Source of the DNA: Candidatus Poribacteria bacterium
GTDB taxonomy: Bacteria; Poribacteria; WGA-4E; WGA-3G
DNA: 64,000 bases
Direction of reading: 5' to 3'
Assembly (NCBI GenBank): GCA_963663765.2
Contig: CAXXUA010000006.1
Location: 128,001-192,000, forward strand
Part shown: in pieces, positions 11,297-22,455 of the stretch
How the letters are laid out: every line of letters begins with the position of its first letter
Numbering within the stretch: the stretch's first letter is position 1
The notes under the pieces: model-generated
Database searches by the model: none
What the model was told of the DNA's origin: nothing
The model's input: the letters and a program-made list of their open reading frames with translations, nothing else
Made by a program: the position numbers and the translations under genes

Positions 11297-12242
11297 TATC
11301 TTCTATTCGGTTATTGACAGATACCGATCCAACTAATCTATTGTTAGTTAACTTAAAACTACGTCTATTTCTACGTTGTTTTATACTATTCCACAATAGA
11401 CCTCGATTCGGTGCAAATGCAATGGAAAACACTACCACCAAAGTAACACATAATATAATTGTCGGACCAGTCGGAATACCTAACGCAGTACTACTGATAT
11501 AAGTACCAACCACACCAGAACACGCACCAAAACAACCAGCAAGCAGCATCATCAAATTGAGCCTATTCGTCCATTGCCGTGCTGCCACTGCAGGAGCAAC
11601 CAACATCGCACTCATTAACACCGCACCAACCGTCTGTAAACCGATCACTATCGCAATCACAAGTAAACTTGTCAAGACTATATCAAGAATACGTGTCGGT
11701 AACCCAATTGATGCAGCGAAACCTACATCAAATGCAAGGAGTTTTAACTCCTTCCAAAAAAGAAAGGTAATTAATAGCGCAAAGCCACCAAGAACCCCAA
11801 TCGTGACAACATCTCGCTGCAGCAAAGTCGCTGCTTGACCAAAGATAAAGGTATCTAAACCCGCCTGATTTGCAAGTCCTTGACGTTGTATCCAAGTCAG
11901 CAACACTAAACCGAAACCGAAGAACGTTGACAAAACAATTCCCAGCGCACTATCATATTTGATACGTGTGAGTCTTACAATACTCAGTATAAACAGGGTG
12001 CCAATCCATCCCGCTATCGCCGCACCAAGAACCAGAATCAGCGGGGTCTTACTCCCAGTCAATATAAACGCAATCGCAATACCAGGAAGAGACGCATGTG
12101 AGATCGCATCACCAAGCAGACTCTGCCGACGCAATACTGCATAAGTACCAAGCGCACCACTGATCGCACCCAGTAAAGCTGCACCGATAGACACAACCAT
12201 CAACGTATAATCAAAACGTATAATAAATAAAAAATCAAACAT
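11277..12242 (-). CDS. mntC: Mn/Zn/Fe ABC transporter permease (TroC/MntC-like)
   Basis: LRRQSLLGDAISHASLPG, FIFGQAA, AARQWT. Confidence 0.9.
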   Translation of the reverse strand: MFDFLFIIRFDYTLMVVSIGAALLGAISGALGTYAVLRRQSLLGDAISHASLPGIAIAFILTGSKTPLILVLGAAIAGWIGTLFILSIVRLTRIKYDSALGIVLSTFFGFGLVLLTWIQRQGLANQAGLDTFIFGQAATLLQRDVVTIGVLGGFALLITFLFWKELKLLAFDVGFAASIGLPTRILDIVLTSLLVIAIVIGLQTVGAVLMSAMLVAPAVAARQWTNRLNLMMLLAGCFGACSGVVGTYISSTALGIPTGPTIILCVTLVVVFSIAFAPNRGLLWNSIKQRRNRRSFKLTNNRLVGSVSVNNRIEDNDNRKH

Positions 12243-12294
12243 GTCTTTAGGAGAAAATCAAAATCATGAATAGGAATCTAAACGAATAACTGTA

Positions 12295-12920
12295 TAGGAC
12301 TTACACACTGAAAGGTAAGCGCGCTTTCTAAGCGCGCTGGAAACCTAAAATACTGAAAATTATACCAATTCAAATAAATCTTGTCTCATAAAGGAATTCT
12401 ACTGTTTACTGGCAGGCGGTTACCCTCTTCGGTAGGAGCGACCTCACGGTCGCGACCGGGAGGTCGCTCCTACCAGATTTCCGCGGGTGTGTAAAGTTTT
12501 TGTAGAAACCCAGATTTTAAAAGAAGTCCGTCCAGTTTCTATTATAGTTTACTTGACGTTAGGGAACTGTGGACATCGTAGGGGCGAGGTTTCCTCGCCC
12601 GCGAAAAACTTCTGTTCGGGCGGGGAGACCCCGTCCCTACGTCCAGTAACCAAAACTTTACACACCCGATTTCCGCTGCTAATGGGACATTATCACATGG
12701 AAATGGTATAATACCAATTCAAATAAATCTTGTCTCATAAAGGAATTCTACTGTTTACTGGCAGGCGGTTACTCTCTTCGGTAGGAGCGACCTCACGGTC
12801 GCGACCGGGAGGTCGCTCCTACCAGATTTCCGCTGCTAATGAGACATTATCACATGGAAATGGTATTAATTCATTTTCGTCATAATTCATGATTAAATCA
12901 TGAAAACTGCGTATGTCCTT
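12295..12920. mobile_element. Nested MITE cluster in the ABC operon: AGGACTTAC(G/A)CA...TGCGTA(A/T)GTCCT element enclosing two R157 units, one interrupted by a third MITE
   Basis: Outer ends match 14692-14849 and 57474-57656; R157 units at 12362-12709 and 12711-12866. Confidence 0.75.
12485..12667. mobile_element. 183-bp MITE with GGGTGTGTAAAGTTTT TIRs and 9-bp TSD
   Basis: TSD GATTTCCGC at 12476-12484 and 12668-12676; internal GTAGGGGCG...CCCTAC REP-like doublet. Confidence 0.85.
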
Positions 12921-12928
12921 TTATATTA

Positions 12929-13669
12929 TCAATTCTTAATAAATGCAATACGTCCACCGTAAGTCTCACGCAAATTATCTGACGTAAAAGTCTCTTCAAC
13001 AGGACCACTGGCAATACGCCTAATATTTAATAGCATCACCCAATCGAAATAATCTGTCACCGTTTGCAAATCATGATGCACAACAACAACAGTCTTACCG
13101 TTCTCTCGGAGTTCCTGTAGTAACGCAATAATTGCACGTTCAGTTGTCGCATCAACACCCTGAAACGGTTCATCCATCAAATAAATAGTCGCATCTTGAA
13201 CAAGAGCACGCGCCAAAAATACACGCTGCTGCTGTCCACCAGAAAGTTGGCTTATCTGACGTGTAATATACTTCTCCATACCAACTTTCTCAATGGCTTG
13301 CATCGCTAATTCGCGATCCGGCTTTCCAGGACGTCTTACCCAACCAAGTGCCCCATATCTTCCCATCATCACGACATCAAGCACATTTGTCGGAAAATCC
13401 CAGTCTACACTACCACGTTGCGGAACATAGCCAACAATCTTTCGCTGAACAGCATAAGGTTTATTATATATTAAAACATTCCCCGCTGCAGGACGCACTA
13501 AACCTAATATCGCTTTGATCAACGTTGTCTTCCCCGCACCATTCGGACCAACGATGGATAAAAGCACTCCCGGAGGCACATCAAGATCTATGTCCCACAA
13601 TACAGGTGTTTCTCGATATGCAACGGTAAGATCTGTTACCTGAATAGCTTGTGTTTCTTGGGTTTGCAA
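12929..13669 (-). CDS. mntB: Metal ABC transporter ATPase (TroB/MntB-like)
   Basis: [39 protein letters not shown]. Confidence 0.95.
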   Translation of the reverse strand: MQTQETQAIQVTDLTVAYRETPVLWDIDLDVPPGVLLSIVGPNGAGKTTLIKAILGLVRPAAGNVLIYNKPYAVQRKIVGYVPQRGSVDWDFPTNVLDVVMMGRYGALGWVRRPGKPDRELAMQAIEKVGMEKYITRQISQLSGGQQQRVFLARALVQDATIYLMDEPFQGVDATTERAIIALLQELRENGKTVVVVHHDLQTVTDYFDWVMLLNIRRIASGPVEETFTSDNLRETYGGRIAFIKN

Positions 13670-13671
13670 TT

Positions 13672-14673
13672 CTAATCTTCCTCTGTTACAGATAGTTCTC
13701 TGGTCAATCCTCTGACAATTGTATCAATGTTACTCCGAATCATACCGATATAAGTACCCTCAGGAGTTCCTTCATTTCCCATCGCATCCGAATAAAGTGG
13801 GGCACCAAGTTCTACTTCAAAACCTTTCGCATTCACAGCGGCTTTCACCGCATCAATCTTACGTGTAGATACTGATGTTTCTACAAAAATAGTGGGTATA
13901 CGCTTTTCTACTATATAGATCGCTAAATTTTGTACATCTGCAATACTCGCTTCAGTCGATGTACTTATGCCTTGTAAACCGCGTACCCTAAAACCATAAG
14001 CACTACCAAAGTAGTTAAATGCATCATGTGCTGTCACAAGCACGCGTTGTTCTGTTGGAATAAGTTCTGTCTGAGTTCTTACATACTTATCCAATTCCGA
14101 TAATTTCGCAAGATAAGCTTCAGCATTCTTCTGATACACTGACTTATCATCTGGATGATTCTTGCACAAAGTATCCCGAACTTTTTCCACTGCCTTCATC
14201 CATAGAGACACATCAAACCAAACATGTGGGTCATACTGTCCCTCAAATTCATCAGGTTTTAGAAGGCGCACTCTGTCAATACCGTCTGTCACCGCAACGG
14301 TTTGTATATCACCTGACATCTTCGCAAGCACACCACCCATTCTCGCTTCAAGATGTAAACCATTATAAAAAACTATATCAGCGGAACTCAATGTCTGAAT
14401 ATCTTTAGGTGTCGTTTTATAGTAATGCGGATCAACGCCAGCACCCATCATCCCTATCACTTCAACCTTATCACCAGCCACATTCTTGACAATATCTGTT
14501 ATCATACCAATAGTACATACAACACGAATTTTGCCATCCTTTGAACCATCTGTAGACTGGTTTGAATTACATCCAATAATTATCAAAATGACGAATAGAA
14601 ATAGTGAAATATACACTAAATTTGTTACAGATGTAAATGTATCAATAATCCGATTCAATAATTTACTTGGCAT
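13672..14673 (-). CDS. mntA: Metal ABC transporter substrate-binding lipoprotein (TroA/MntA-like)
   Basis: Lipobox [37 protein letters not shown]. Confidence 0.95.
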   Translation of the reverse strand: MPSKLLNRIIDTFTSVTNLVYISLFLFVILIIIGCNSNQSTDGSKDGKIRVVCTIGMITDIVKNVAGDKVEVIGMMGAGVDPHYYKTTPKDIQTLSSADIVFYNGLHLEARMGGVLAKMSGDIQTVAVTDGIDRVRLLKPDEFEGQYDPHVWFDVSLWMKAVEKVRDTLCKNHPDDKSVYQKNAEAYLAKLSELDKYVRTQTELIPTEQRVLVTAHDAFNYFGSAYGFRVRGLQGISTSTEASIADVQNLAIYIVEKRIPTIFVETSVSTRKIDAVKAAVNAKGFEVELGAPLYSDAMGNEGTPEGTYIGMIRSNIDTIVRGLTRELSVTEED

Positions 14674-14691
14674 TATATATCCTTTATCAAA

Positions 14692-14849
14692 CAGGACTTA
14701 CGCACCCAACGGTAGGCGGTGAATGCCTAAATGGCATTCATACCGTTGATTTGGTGCTTTGTAAGCGCGCTGGAAACCGAAAATATGCTGAAAATTACAC
14801 CATTTTCGTCATAATTCTTCATCAAACCATGAAAACTGCGTAAGTCCTG
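14692..14849. mobile_element. MITE with CAGGACTTACGCA/TGCGTAAGTCCTG TIRs
   Basis: Perfect 13-bp inverted ends; internal GAATGCC..GGCATTC and GTGCTTTGTAAGCGCGC motifs. Confidence 0.75.
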
Positions 14850-14856
14850 TAAAAAA

Positions 14857-16008
14857 TCAATTGACTAAAAAGTAGGTTAATACATAACGTTCCAAAAGTT
14901 CACCAACAAGAAATCCAAATCCCGCAACACCTAAACCTACAACAAACATATCAATACCACTCCGAAATAATCCGCGACCAGTAAATAGACTTCGCGCAGC
15001 ACCAACAATAAAATGCGATAACATCGCAATAGAGAACGAAATCCAGATAGCTGTTCCCACTGGAAAAAACAAAAACGGAGCTACAGGTATAAATGCTCCA
15101 ATCGCAGTAGACAAACCTGTTATCCAGCCTTCTCTAATAGGCGTAGAGTGAGTCTTGCCAATTTTCAACTCAGACTGTATCTTCTCCTCTAAGGCTCTTT
15201 CAGGATCACTCATCACCTCTTCAGCAAGTTGACGGGCATGTTCTTTTGGAATACCACGCATTGTATAAATCAAGGTTAACTCATCCTTTTCAATCTCCGG
15301 CATAAGCATGATCTCATCTTTTTCTATCTCAATTTCATGGTCATATACCTCCTGTTCACTCTTCGCTGCAAGGTATCCAGATGCACCCATAGAAAGAGAA
15401 TCTGCTACCGTACCAACTATACCCCCCACAAGGATTTGAGATATATCTGATGTAGCAGCAACAATCCCCGCAAGTAAACCGAAATTCGCAGTCAAACCGT
15501 CATTAAATCCATAGATGATATTCCCAAGCGTCCCACCAGATTCCGTCCTGTGCCACGGTTCATCACCAGTACCCGTCAATACCTGCAAACTCTCTGTATG
15601 TAATGCCGAATCTTTTGCTAAATCCAATGCTGTTTCTTTAGCATCCTCCAAAGTGCTATTTTTGTACAACGTAAGGTAATCTTTCACCTCATTCGCTTCT
15701 TCAGATAACATGCGAGATAGCGGAAATTTCCTATCAACGTTACGAGCATACCACGCCAACAATCTCGCTTTGATAGTCGGACGTTGCTTCTTAATCTTTA
15801 TATCGTAGGAAGTCAGAATCTCCAACCAGCGCGCTACATGCCGATTCTCTACTTCAGCAAGCTCAAGTAAAATATCTTTACGATCCGGTTCAGGTTCAAG
15901 GATCGCAAATTCACTATATAAGTAACTTGCATCTACTTCATCTTGCAAATGGTGACACCATATTTTTTTAGTCTTGCTATCTGGTCGGTCTTGTTGCTGT
16001 TCTTCCAT
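14857..16008 (-). CDS. VIT1/CCC1-family Fe/Mn transporter with N-terminal ferritin/rubrerythrin-like domain
   Basis: DE...LY...E..H N-terminal domain; IYGFNDGL, SMGASGYLA, GAFIPVAPF. Confidence 0.9.
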   Translation of the reverse strand: MEEQQQDRPDSKTKKIWCHHLQDEVDASYLYSEFAILEPEPDRKDILLELAEVENRHVARWLEILTSYDIKIKKQRPTIKARLLAWYARNVDRKFPLSRMLSEEANEVKDYLTLYKNSTLEDAKETALDLAKDSALHTESLQVLTGTGDEPWHRTESGGTLGNIIYGFNDGLTANFGLLAGIVAATSDISQILVGGIVGTVADSLSMGASGYLAAKSEQEVYDHEIEIEKDEIMLMPEIEKDELTLIYTMRGIPKEHARQLAEEVMSDPERALEEKIQSELKIGKTHSTPIREGWITGLSTAIGAFIPVAPFLFFPVGTAIWISFSIAMLSHFIVGAARSLFTGRGLFRSGIDMFVVGLGVAGFGFLVGELLERYVLTYFLVN

Positions 16009-16049
16009 TTTGAGTTCCTTATGAGGATAAGCGCGCCTTCAAAGCGCGT

Positions 16050-16721
16050 CTACACATTTACAGTTTCGTTCACATCATTTACAAAAATATTTTTCGCTAC
16101 CTCCCGTCCAATAACTGCTTGCTGTCCAGCAATATCAATTGTAAAAGGTCCATCAAATGGCGCTACTTCTATCACTCGAAATGCAGTACCAGGATAAAGA
16201 TTAAAACTACCCAGATGCCGAAGCAAGGCTGAATCGTTATCACTGACTTCAGCAACAACACAAGATTGTCCATCCTGCAGCTCAGTCATCGGAATAGAAG
16301 ATGTCTCAGGTACAATACCATTCTTATCGGGTATAGGAGAACCGTGAGGATCTTCAGTCGGGTAACCAAGAAACGCATCCATTCGCGCCTCTACTTCCTC
16401 TGAAATCACATGTTCTAACTTCTCTGCTTCCTCATGAACCCCATCCCACGGCACTCCAAGTGCCTTATATAAATAAAGTTCCAACAAACGATGATGTCGG
16501 ATAATTTCCAGCGCAATCGCTTTACCCGCTTTTGTTAAAGTAACTCCTTGATAACGTTCATGTCTTACAAGATTCATCGATTTCAACTTTTTGATCATTC
16601 CAGTTGCTGAGGCAGGTTTAACTTCAAGATATTCCGCTAATACACCCGTTGAAACTTTACCTTCTTTCTCTTGCAACTTATAAATAGACTTCAGGTAGTC
16701 TTCCGCAGCATGTGAGAGCAT
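16050..16721 (-). CDS. mntR: DtxR/MntR/TroR-family metal-dependent repressor with FeoA-like C-terminal domain
   Basis: EDYLKSIY, IIRHHRLLELYL, EAEKLEH, DPHGSPIP. Confidence 0.95.
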   Translation of the reverse strand: MLSHAAEDYLKSIYKLQEKEGKVSTGVLAEYLEVKPASATGMIKKLKSMNLVRHERYQGVTLTKAGKAIALEIIRHHRLLELYLYKALGVPWDGVHEEAEKLEHVISEEVEARMDAFLGYPTEDPHGSPIPDKNGIVPETSSIPMTELQDGQSCVVAEVSDNDSALLRHLGSFNLYPGTAFRVIEVAPFDGPFTIDIAGQQAVIGREVAKNIFVNDVNETVNV

Positions 16722-16839
16722 TCGTTTTTCCTATCCGCAAAGAACACGCAACGCGCACCTTAATAATGCGGTTTATGGTAGATCTTACCAACCAAAGTTT
16801 AGGTAGTATTACTAAAAATATTTAGAATCATTGAGAATT

Positions 16840-16861
16840 ATTTTTAGGTATAACTAAATTA
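16840..16861. promoter_or_regulatory. Candidate MntR/DtxR-type operator
   Basis: TTTAGGTATAACTAAA (TTTAG-N6-CTAAA) at 16843-16858, ~120 bp upstream of the regulator; resembles TTAGGTTAACCTAA-type SirR/MntR boxes; weaker second site at 16798-16816. Confidence 0.65.
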
Positions 16862-16904
16862 TAGAATAATGTCAATTTAAAGTCAAGAAAAATTGAGATG
16901 TTTG

Positions 16905-17036
16905 CAGTGGTATTCAATTGTTCGAAATGGACTATTATGGGAGAGGTCTGTAACCCCGATTTCAGAGAACCAACATATCAAATAGAGGTTACATACCCTC
17001 CCACAAAGATGTATAGTGACAATTGAATACCTCTGG
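16905..17036. mobile_element. MITE with CAG(T/A)GGTATTCAATTG ends and internal REP-like palindrome
   Basis: Inverted ends CAGTGGTATTCAATTG / CAATTGAATACCTCTG. Confidence 0.6.
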
Positions 17037-17175
17037 CTACAACGTCAGGGTTATTCAGTTATCATTTTATTGAGTAAATTCTATCACAGTTGTTAATTCT
17101 TGAGTTAGCTTATTTTTGGGAGTTAACTCATTCTTTGTCTAAACTCAAAGTTAACTGGTCAGGACTTACGCACCC

Positions 17176-17465
17176 ACGGTAGGCGTGCTTTGTAAGCGCG
17201 CCCCGCACTCACCTGCACTCACCTGCAGGCGTGCTTTGTAAGCGCGCCCCCTACCTGCACTCACCTGCAGGCGTGCTTTGTAAGCGCGCCCCCCACCTGC
17301 AGGCGTGCTTTGTAAGCGCGCCCCCTACCTGCAGGCGTGCTTTGTAAGCGCGCCCCCCACCTGCAGGCGTGCTTTGTAAGCGCACCCCCCACCTGCAGGC
17401 GTGCTTTGTAAGCGCGCTGGCACAACAAGTCCAAACAGCGCACTTACAAAGCACGCCTACCGTGT
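17176..17465. repeat. Tandem ~31-bp repeat (CACCTGCAGGCGTGCTTTGTAAGCGCGCCCC) x~7 closed by one inverted arm
   Basis: Head-to-tail copies followed by GCGCACTTACAAAGCACGCCTACCGTG; variants at 19850-19920 and 29810-29945. Confidence 0.9.
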
Positions 17466-17853
17466 GAGAAATATTTATTACCCGTTTAATAACTTAAACT
17501 TCATACAGGACTAAAGAGAACAAAAGTTTGTACCTCTGTGCAAAAACTTTACACACCCTCGTTTTCCTTTATTGTTGCGCGGGTCTTGGATTTCTGCTAA
17601 TCTATCTAACAAGTGTTGAGAGTTTTTCTCTGGCATTTTTCACCTCAAAGGTAGGATTTTTAAGGTGAAGTATTGCAGATATGATGCAAAAATCGCGCTA
17701 TATCTGCTTTTCATAAAAATAACACTTGTGAAAAAATATGGAAAACTGAATAACCCTGCACAAAAACACCATTGACAAGAAACACAACCACCATATAAAA
17801 TACAATCAGATATTTGACTATCCACCAACCCAAATCACAAAAGGCAAACCAAC

Positions 17854-19719
17854 ATGAAACACATATTCTATACACTATTGATCGTCCTGACCATAGCATC
17901 CACAACCACGTTTGCACAAGACTACACACAATGGAATCTCCCCGAAGGTGCAAAAGCACGACTCGGGAAAGGACGGATTACTGGTAATATATCCTATTCA
18001 CCTGACGGCACAAAGTTAGCCGTAGCAAGTAGCATCGGTGTGTGGATATACGATGCACAGACAGGTGAAGAACTTGCTCTCTTATCAGGATATACTTACT
18101 ATGTTGACAGCGTCGCGTTCAGTCCGGACGGAAGCATCCTCGCCGATGTTGGTGGCACCTTCATCATTTTGTGGGATACAAACGCGTTTTTACCCATCCG
18201 CGCCATAATTGGCAATAAGCATTGGTTCACAAGTGTCGCGTTCAGTCCGGATGGAAAAAAAATCGTCAGTGGAAGTGGATTTGGTGACATGACCGTTCGG
18301 TAGTGGAACGTGAACACAGGTGCTCACATCCGCATGCATGAAAAGCATCCGCATCGGGTTAACGTTGTAGCGTTCAGCCCGGATGGCACACTACTTGCAA
18401 GCGGCAGTGCGGACAACACGATCCGTTTAGGGAACGCAGAGACGGGTGACCCCCTCCACACGTTTGAAGGACATACGGATGAGGTCTACACCTTAGCATT
18501 CAGTCCAGATGGCAAAACAATCGCAAGCGGCAGTAAGGATAATACGCTTCGCTTGTGGGACGCAAACACAGGTGACCTTCTACACACGTTTGAAGGACAT
18601 ACGGATGCTGTCAGAAGTGTAGCATTCAGTCCGGATGGAAGTATCCTTGTCAGTGGGAGTCATGACAAATCCATCCGCTTGTGGAATGCAAACACCAGGG
18701 CACCCCTTCGCACGTTTGAAGGACATACGGAAGGGATCGGAAGTGTAACGTTCAGTCCGGATGGAAAAACAATTGCCAGTTGCAGTTTTGACGGAACCCC
18801 CCATTTTTGGAACGCAGACACGGGTGACCACCTCCGCACATTTGAAGGACATACGGATGCTGTCTATAGCGTAGCGTTCAGCCCGGATGGTAGTATTCTC
18901 GCCAGTAGCGGTCCGGATACAGTTGTTCATTTGTGGAACGCAGACACTGCTACCCTTCTCCGCACGCTTGAAGGGCATACGGATGAGGTCGTAAGATTAG
19001 CGTTCAGTCCGGATGGAAAAACATTCGCAAGCACCAGTATTGACAAAACCATCTGTCTGTGGAACACTCACACAGGCGCCCCCCTACACACTTTTGAAGG
19101 ACATACGGACAAGCTCTACAGTGTAGTGTTCAGTCCGGATGGGAAAACTATCGCAAGCAGCAGTAAGGATAATACGCTTCGCTTGTGGGACGCAAACACG
19201 AGTGCCCTTCTCCGCACGCTTGAAGGGCATACAGATGAGGTCTACACCGTAGCATTCAGTCCGAATGGGAAAACTATCGCAAGCGGCAGCAAGGACAACA
19301 CAATCCGCTTGTGGAGCGTAGACACGGGTGACCACCACCTCACGCTTGAAGCAGATACTGAAGGAGTCGCCACTTTAGCGTTCAGTCCAAATGGCACGCT
19401 ACTCGCAAGCGGCGGTTATGACGAAACCGTCCATTTGTGGAACGCAAACACGGGTGACCTTCTCCGCACATTTGAAGGACATACAGATTTGATCTCTACT
19501 GTCGTGTTCAGTCCAGATGGAAAAACTATCATCAGTAGCAGCATAGACGGAACCGCCCGTTTGTGGAACACCAATACTGGCAACCACATACGAACACTTA
19601 TTGGGCATACGGATGAAATCTGGAACATATCGATCAGTCCAGATGGAAAAACCCTTGCCAGTGGCAGTAGTGACGGCACCATGTTGTTGTGGTCAATCCC
19701 AAGCGCCGAGAACAAATAG
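17854..19719 (+). pseudogene. Secreted WD40-repeat protein with a single in-frame TAG at 18301-18303
   Basis: Signal peptide, LPEGAKARLGKG, ~14 GH...W(D/N) repeats; CGG TAG TGG where other repeats read R-L-W; paralogue of 27858-29726. Confidence 0.85.
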
Positions 19720-20244
19720 TTTGACTAATTGTAGACGTGCTTTGGAAGCGCGCACATTACAAAAATTCGGGCGGGGAATGCCAAAAGGCTTTCATACCCG
19801 GGGAATGCCAAAAGGCATTCATACCGTTGATTTTTTGATTTTTTGATTTGGTGCTTTGTAAGCGCGCCCTCTTGCACCTCTTGCAGGCGTGCTTTGTAAG
19901 CGCGCCCTCTTGCAGGCATGCTTACAAACCCCGAATGTCTGAACCAAGATCCACAGGATTATCGGATTATCAGAATTAGAGCCTGAAGCCACTCTTGTGG
20001 GAGGGGTTTGAAACCCCGATTTTTTAGTGCATTTCCACTCAAATCGGAGTTTCAAACCCCTCCCACAAGAGAAAATGCAAACAATATTTTCTAAAGTTGA
20101 CACCTATAAGTTCAATTCCAAAGATACACTTTCACTCAGCAGAAACCTTGGATGCGGTAAATCCTGGCAATCTGCTAATCCTGAAAATCCTGGTTCAGAA
20201 AAAATCGCAGATTAAAACAATATAATCTGTTCTTAAGTTGACAC

Positions 20245-21996
20245 CTATTGGATAGAGTTGAGATCCCACAGCAGCATGGTGCCGTCTTCACTCCCACTTG
20301 TGATAGTGTTGCCACCCGGACTAAACGAGACGCTTCTGACCCAATCCGTATGTCCTGAGAGTGTTCTGATATGTTGTCCAGTGCTTGCGTGCCACAAGCG
20401 GATCGTGTCGTCTTCACTCCCACTCGCGATGGTGTTGCCATCCGGACTAAACGAGACACTTCTGACCCAATCCGTATGTCCTGAGAGTGTTCTGATGTGT
20501 TGTCCACTGTTTGCGTTCCACAAACGGATCGTGTGGTCAGCACTCCCACTCGCTATGGTGTTGCCATCCGGACTAAACGACACGGTTTCGACCGAACGCG
20601 TATGTCCTGATAACGTTCTGATATGTTGTCCAGTGCTTACGTGCCACAAGCGGATCGTTTTGTCATCACTCCCACTTGCGAGGGTGTTGTATTCACGACT
20701 GAACGAGACGCTTCTGACCCGATTTGTATGTCCTGATAACGTTCTGATAAGTTCACCAGTGTTTGCGTGCCACAAACGGATCGTGTGGTCATCACCCCCA
20801 CTTGCGATAGTGTTGCCATCCGGACTAAACGAGACGCTTTCGACCAAACCCAAACGTCCTAAACCCGTATGTCCTGATAACATTCTGATATGTTCTCCAG
20901 TGCTTACGTGCCACAAGCGGATCGTTTTGTCATCACTCCCACTTGCGAGGGTGTTGCCATCACGACTGAACGAGACGCTGGAGACACCACGCGTATGTCC
21001 AGAGAGCGTTCTGATATGTTCTCCACTGTTTGCGTGCCACAAGCGGATCGTGCCGTCATCACTCCCATTTGCAATGGTGTTGCCATCCGGACTAAACGAG
21101 AAGCTTCTGACCGAACCCGTATGTCCTGATAACGTTCTGATATGTTCTCCACTGTTTGCGTGCCACAAACGGATCGTTTTGTCATCACTCCCACTTGCTA
21201 TGGTGTTGCCATCCGGACTAAACGAGAAGCTGAAAACCATATCCGTATGTCCTGATAACGTTCTGATATGTTCTCCACTGTTTGCGTGCCACAAACGGAT
21301 CGTTTTGACAACACCCCCACTTGCTATAGTGTTGCCATCCGGACTGAACGAGAAGCTGAAAACCATATCCGTATGTCCTGATAACGTTCTGATATGTTGT
21401 CCACTGTTTGCGTGCCACAAACGGATCGTTTTGACAACACCCCCACTTGCTATAGTGTTGCCATCCGGACTAAACGAGACGCTGAAAACCATATCCGTAT
21501 GTCCTGATAACGTTCTGATATGTTGTCCACTGTTTGCGTGCCACAAACGGATCGTTTTGTCAACACCCCCACTTGCTATGGTGTTGCCATCACGACTGAA
21601 CACTACACTGTAGACCTTATCCGTATGTCCTGATAACGTTCTGATATGTTGTCCACTGTTTGCGTTCCACAAACGTATTGTGTTGTCCCGACTTCCACTT
21701 GCTATGGTGTTGCCATCCGGACTGAAAGAGACGCTGGAGATCAAACTCGTATGTCCAGAGAGCAGATCAAGTTCTTCACCTGTTTCTGCATCATAAATCC
21801 AAATCCCGATGCTGTTTGCCACTGCCAACTTAGTGCCATCAGGTGAATACTTTACCTCATTGACCGTACCTTTACCGAGACGTGCTTTTGCACCTTCGGG
21901 CAGACTGAATTTTGTGTAGTCTTGGGAATGACTGATGGTTGTAAATGTTAGTGTTATGTAAAGTGTTATCAATATTGAACACAATATATTGTTCAT
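20245..21996 (-). CDS. Secreted WD40-repeat protein with highly homogeneous 42-aa repeats
   Basis: Signal peptide, LPEGAKARLGKG, repeats SGHTxxVxSVSFSPDGNTIASGxxDxTIRLWHANSG; the stop TAG is supplied by a MITE end (ATAGGTGTCAACTTAAG). Confidence 0.92.
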   Translation of the reverse strand: MNNILCSILITLYITLTFTTISHSQDYTKFSLPEGAKARLGKGTVNEVKYSPDGTKLAVANSIGIWIYDAETGEELDLLSGHTSLISSVSFSPDGNTIASGSRDNTIRLWNANSGQHIRTLSGHTDKVYSVVFSRDGNTIASGGVDKTIRLWHANSGQHIRTLSGHTDMVFSVSFSPDGNTIASGGVVKTIRLWHANSGQHIRTLSGHTDMVFSFSFSPDGNTIASGGVVKTIRLWHANSGEHIRTLSGHTDMVFSFSFSPDGNTIASGSDDKTIRLWHANSGEHIRTLSGHTGSVRSFSFSPDGNTIANGSDDGTIRLWHANSGEHIRTLSGHTRGVSSVSFSRDGNTLASGSDDKTIRLWHVSTGEHIRMLSGHTGLGRLGLVESVSFSPDGNTIASGGDDHTIRLWHANTGELIRTLSGHTNRVRSVSFSREYNTLASGSDDKTIRLWHVSTGQHIRTLSGHTRSVETVSFSPDGNTIASGSADHTIRLWNANSGQHIRTLSGHTDWVRSVSFSPDGNTIASGSEDDTIRLWHASTGQHIRTLSGHTDWVRSVSFSPGGNTITSGSEDGTMLLWDLNSIQ

Positions 21997-22109
21997 TATA
22001 GTTTTCCTTATGTTGACTGCTCAATTGTAATTTCTGCTGACTGTACGATGTTTTACTTTAGTAGTGTATACTTAATAACAAGTACTTGTCAAATCTTCCT
22101 GTCGTCCCC

Positions 22110-22231
22110 AAGGGTTATTCAGTTATCCTAAAATTTGGATTTTTCAAAAAAGAAACCTCGCGGTAGGAGCGACCTCCCGGTCGCGATTTTCTTACAAAAA
22201 TGTGAAAAATGTTTAAAACTGAATAACCCTG
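22110..22231. mobile_element. MITE with (C)AGGGTTATTCAGTT TIRs (ISAs1-like ends) and 9-bp TSD
   Basis: TSD GTCGTCCCC at 22101-22109 and 22232-22240; the homologous locus at ~27490 lacks the insert. Confidence 0.8.
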
Positions 22232-22455
22232 GTCGTCCCCCAGGGTTATTCAATTGTCCGAAATGGATTCTTGTGGGAGGGGTTTGTAACACCGAATGTC
22301 TGAACCAGGATTTACGGATTTCCAAGATTTACCGCATCAAGCGTTTCTGCTGAGGGAAAGTCTATCTTGGGAATGGAGCTCAACGGAATAAAACTCATAA
22401 TCCTGTGAATCCTGGTTCAGAAAAAAGGACAAAACCCTCCTACAAGAGAAGGTAA

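Noticed and set aside
20258-21613. 451-aa plus-strand ORF and other antisense ORFs over WD40/repeat genes
   Set aside because: Shadow ORFs produced by repetitive coding sequence on the opposite strand.
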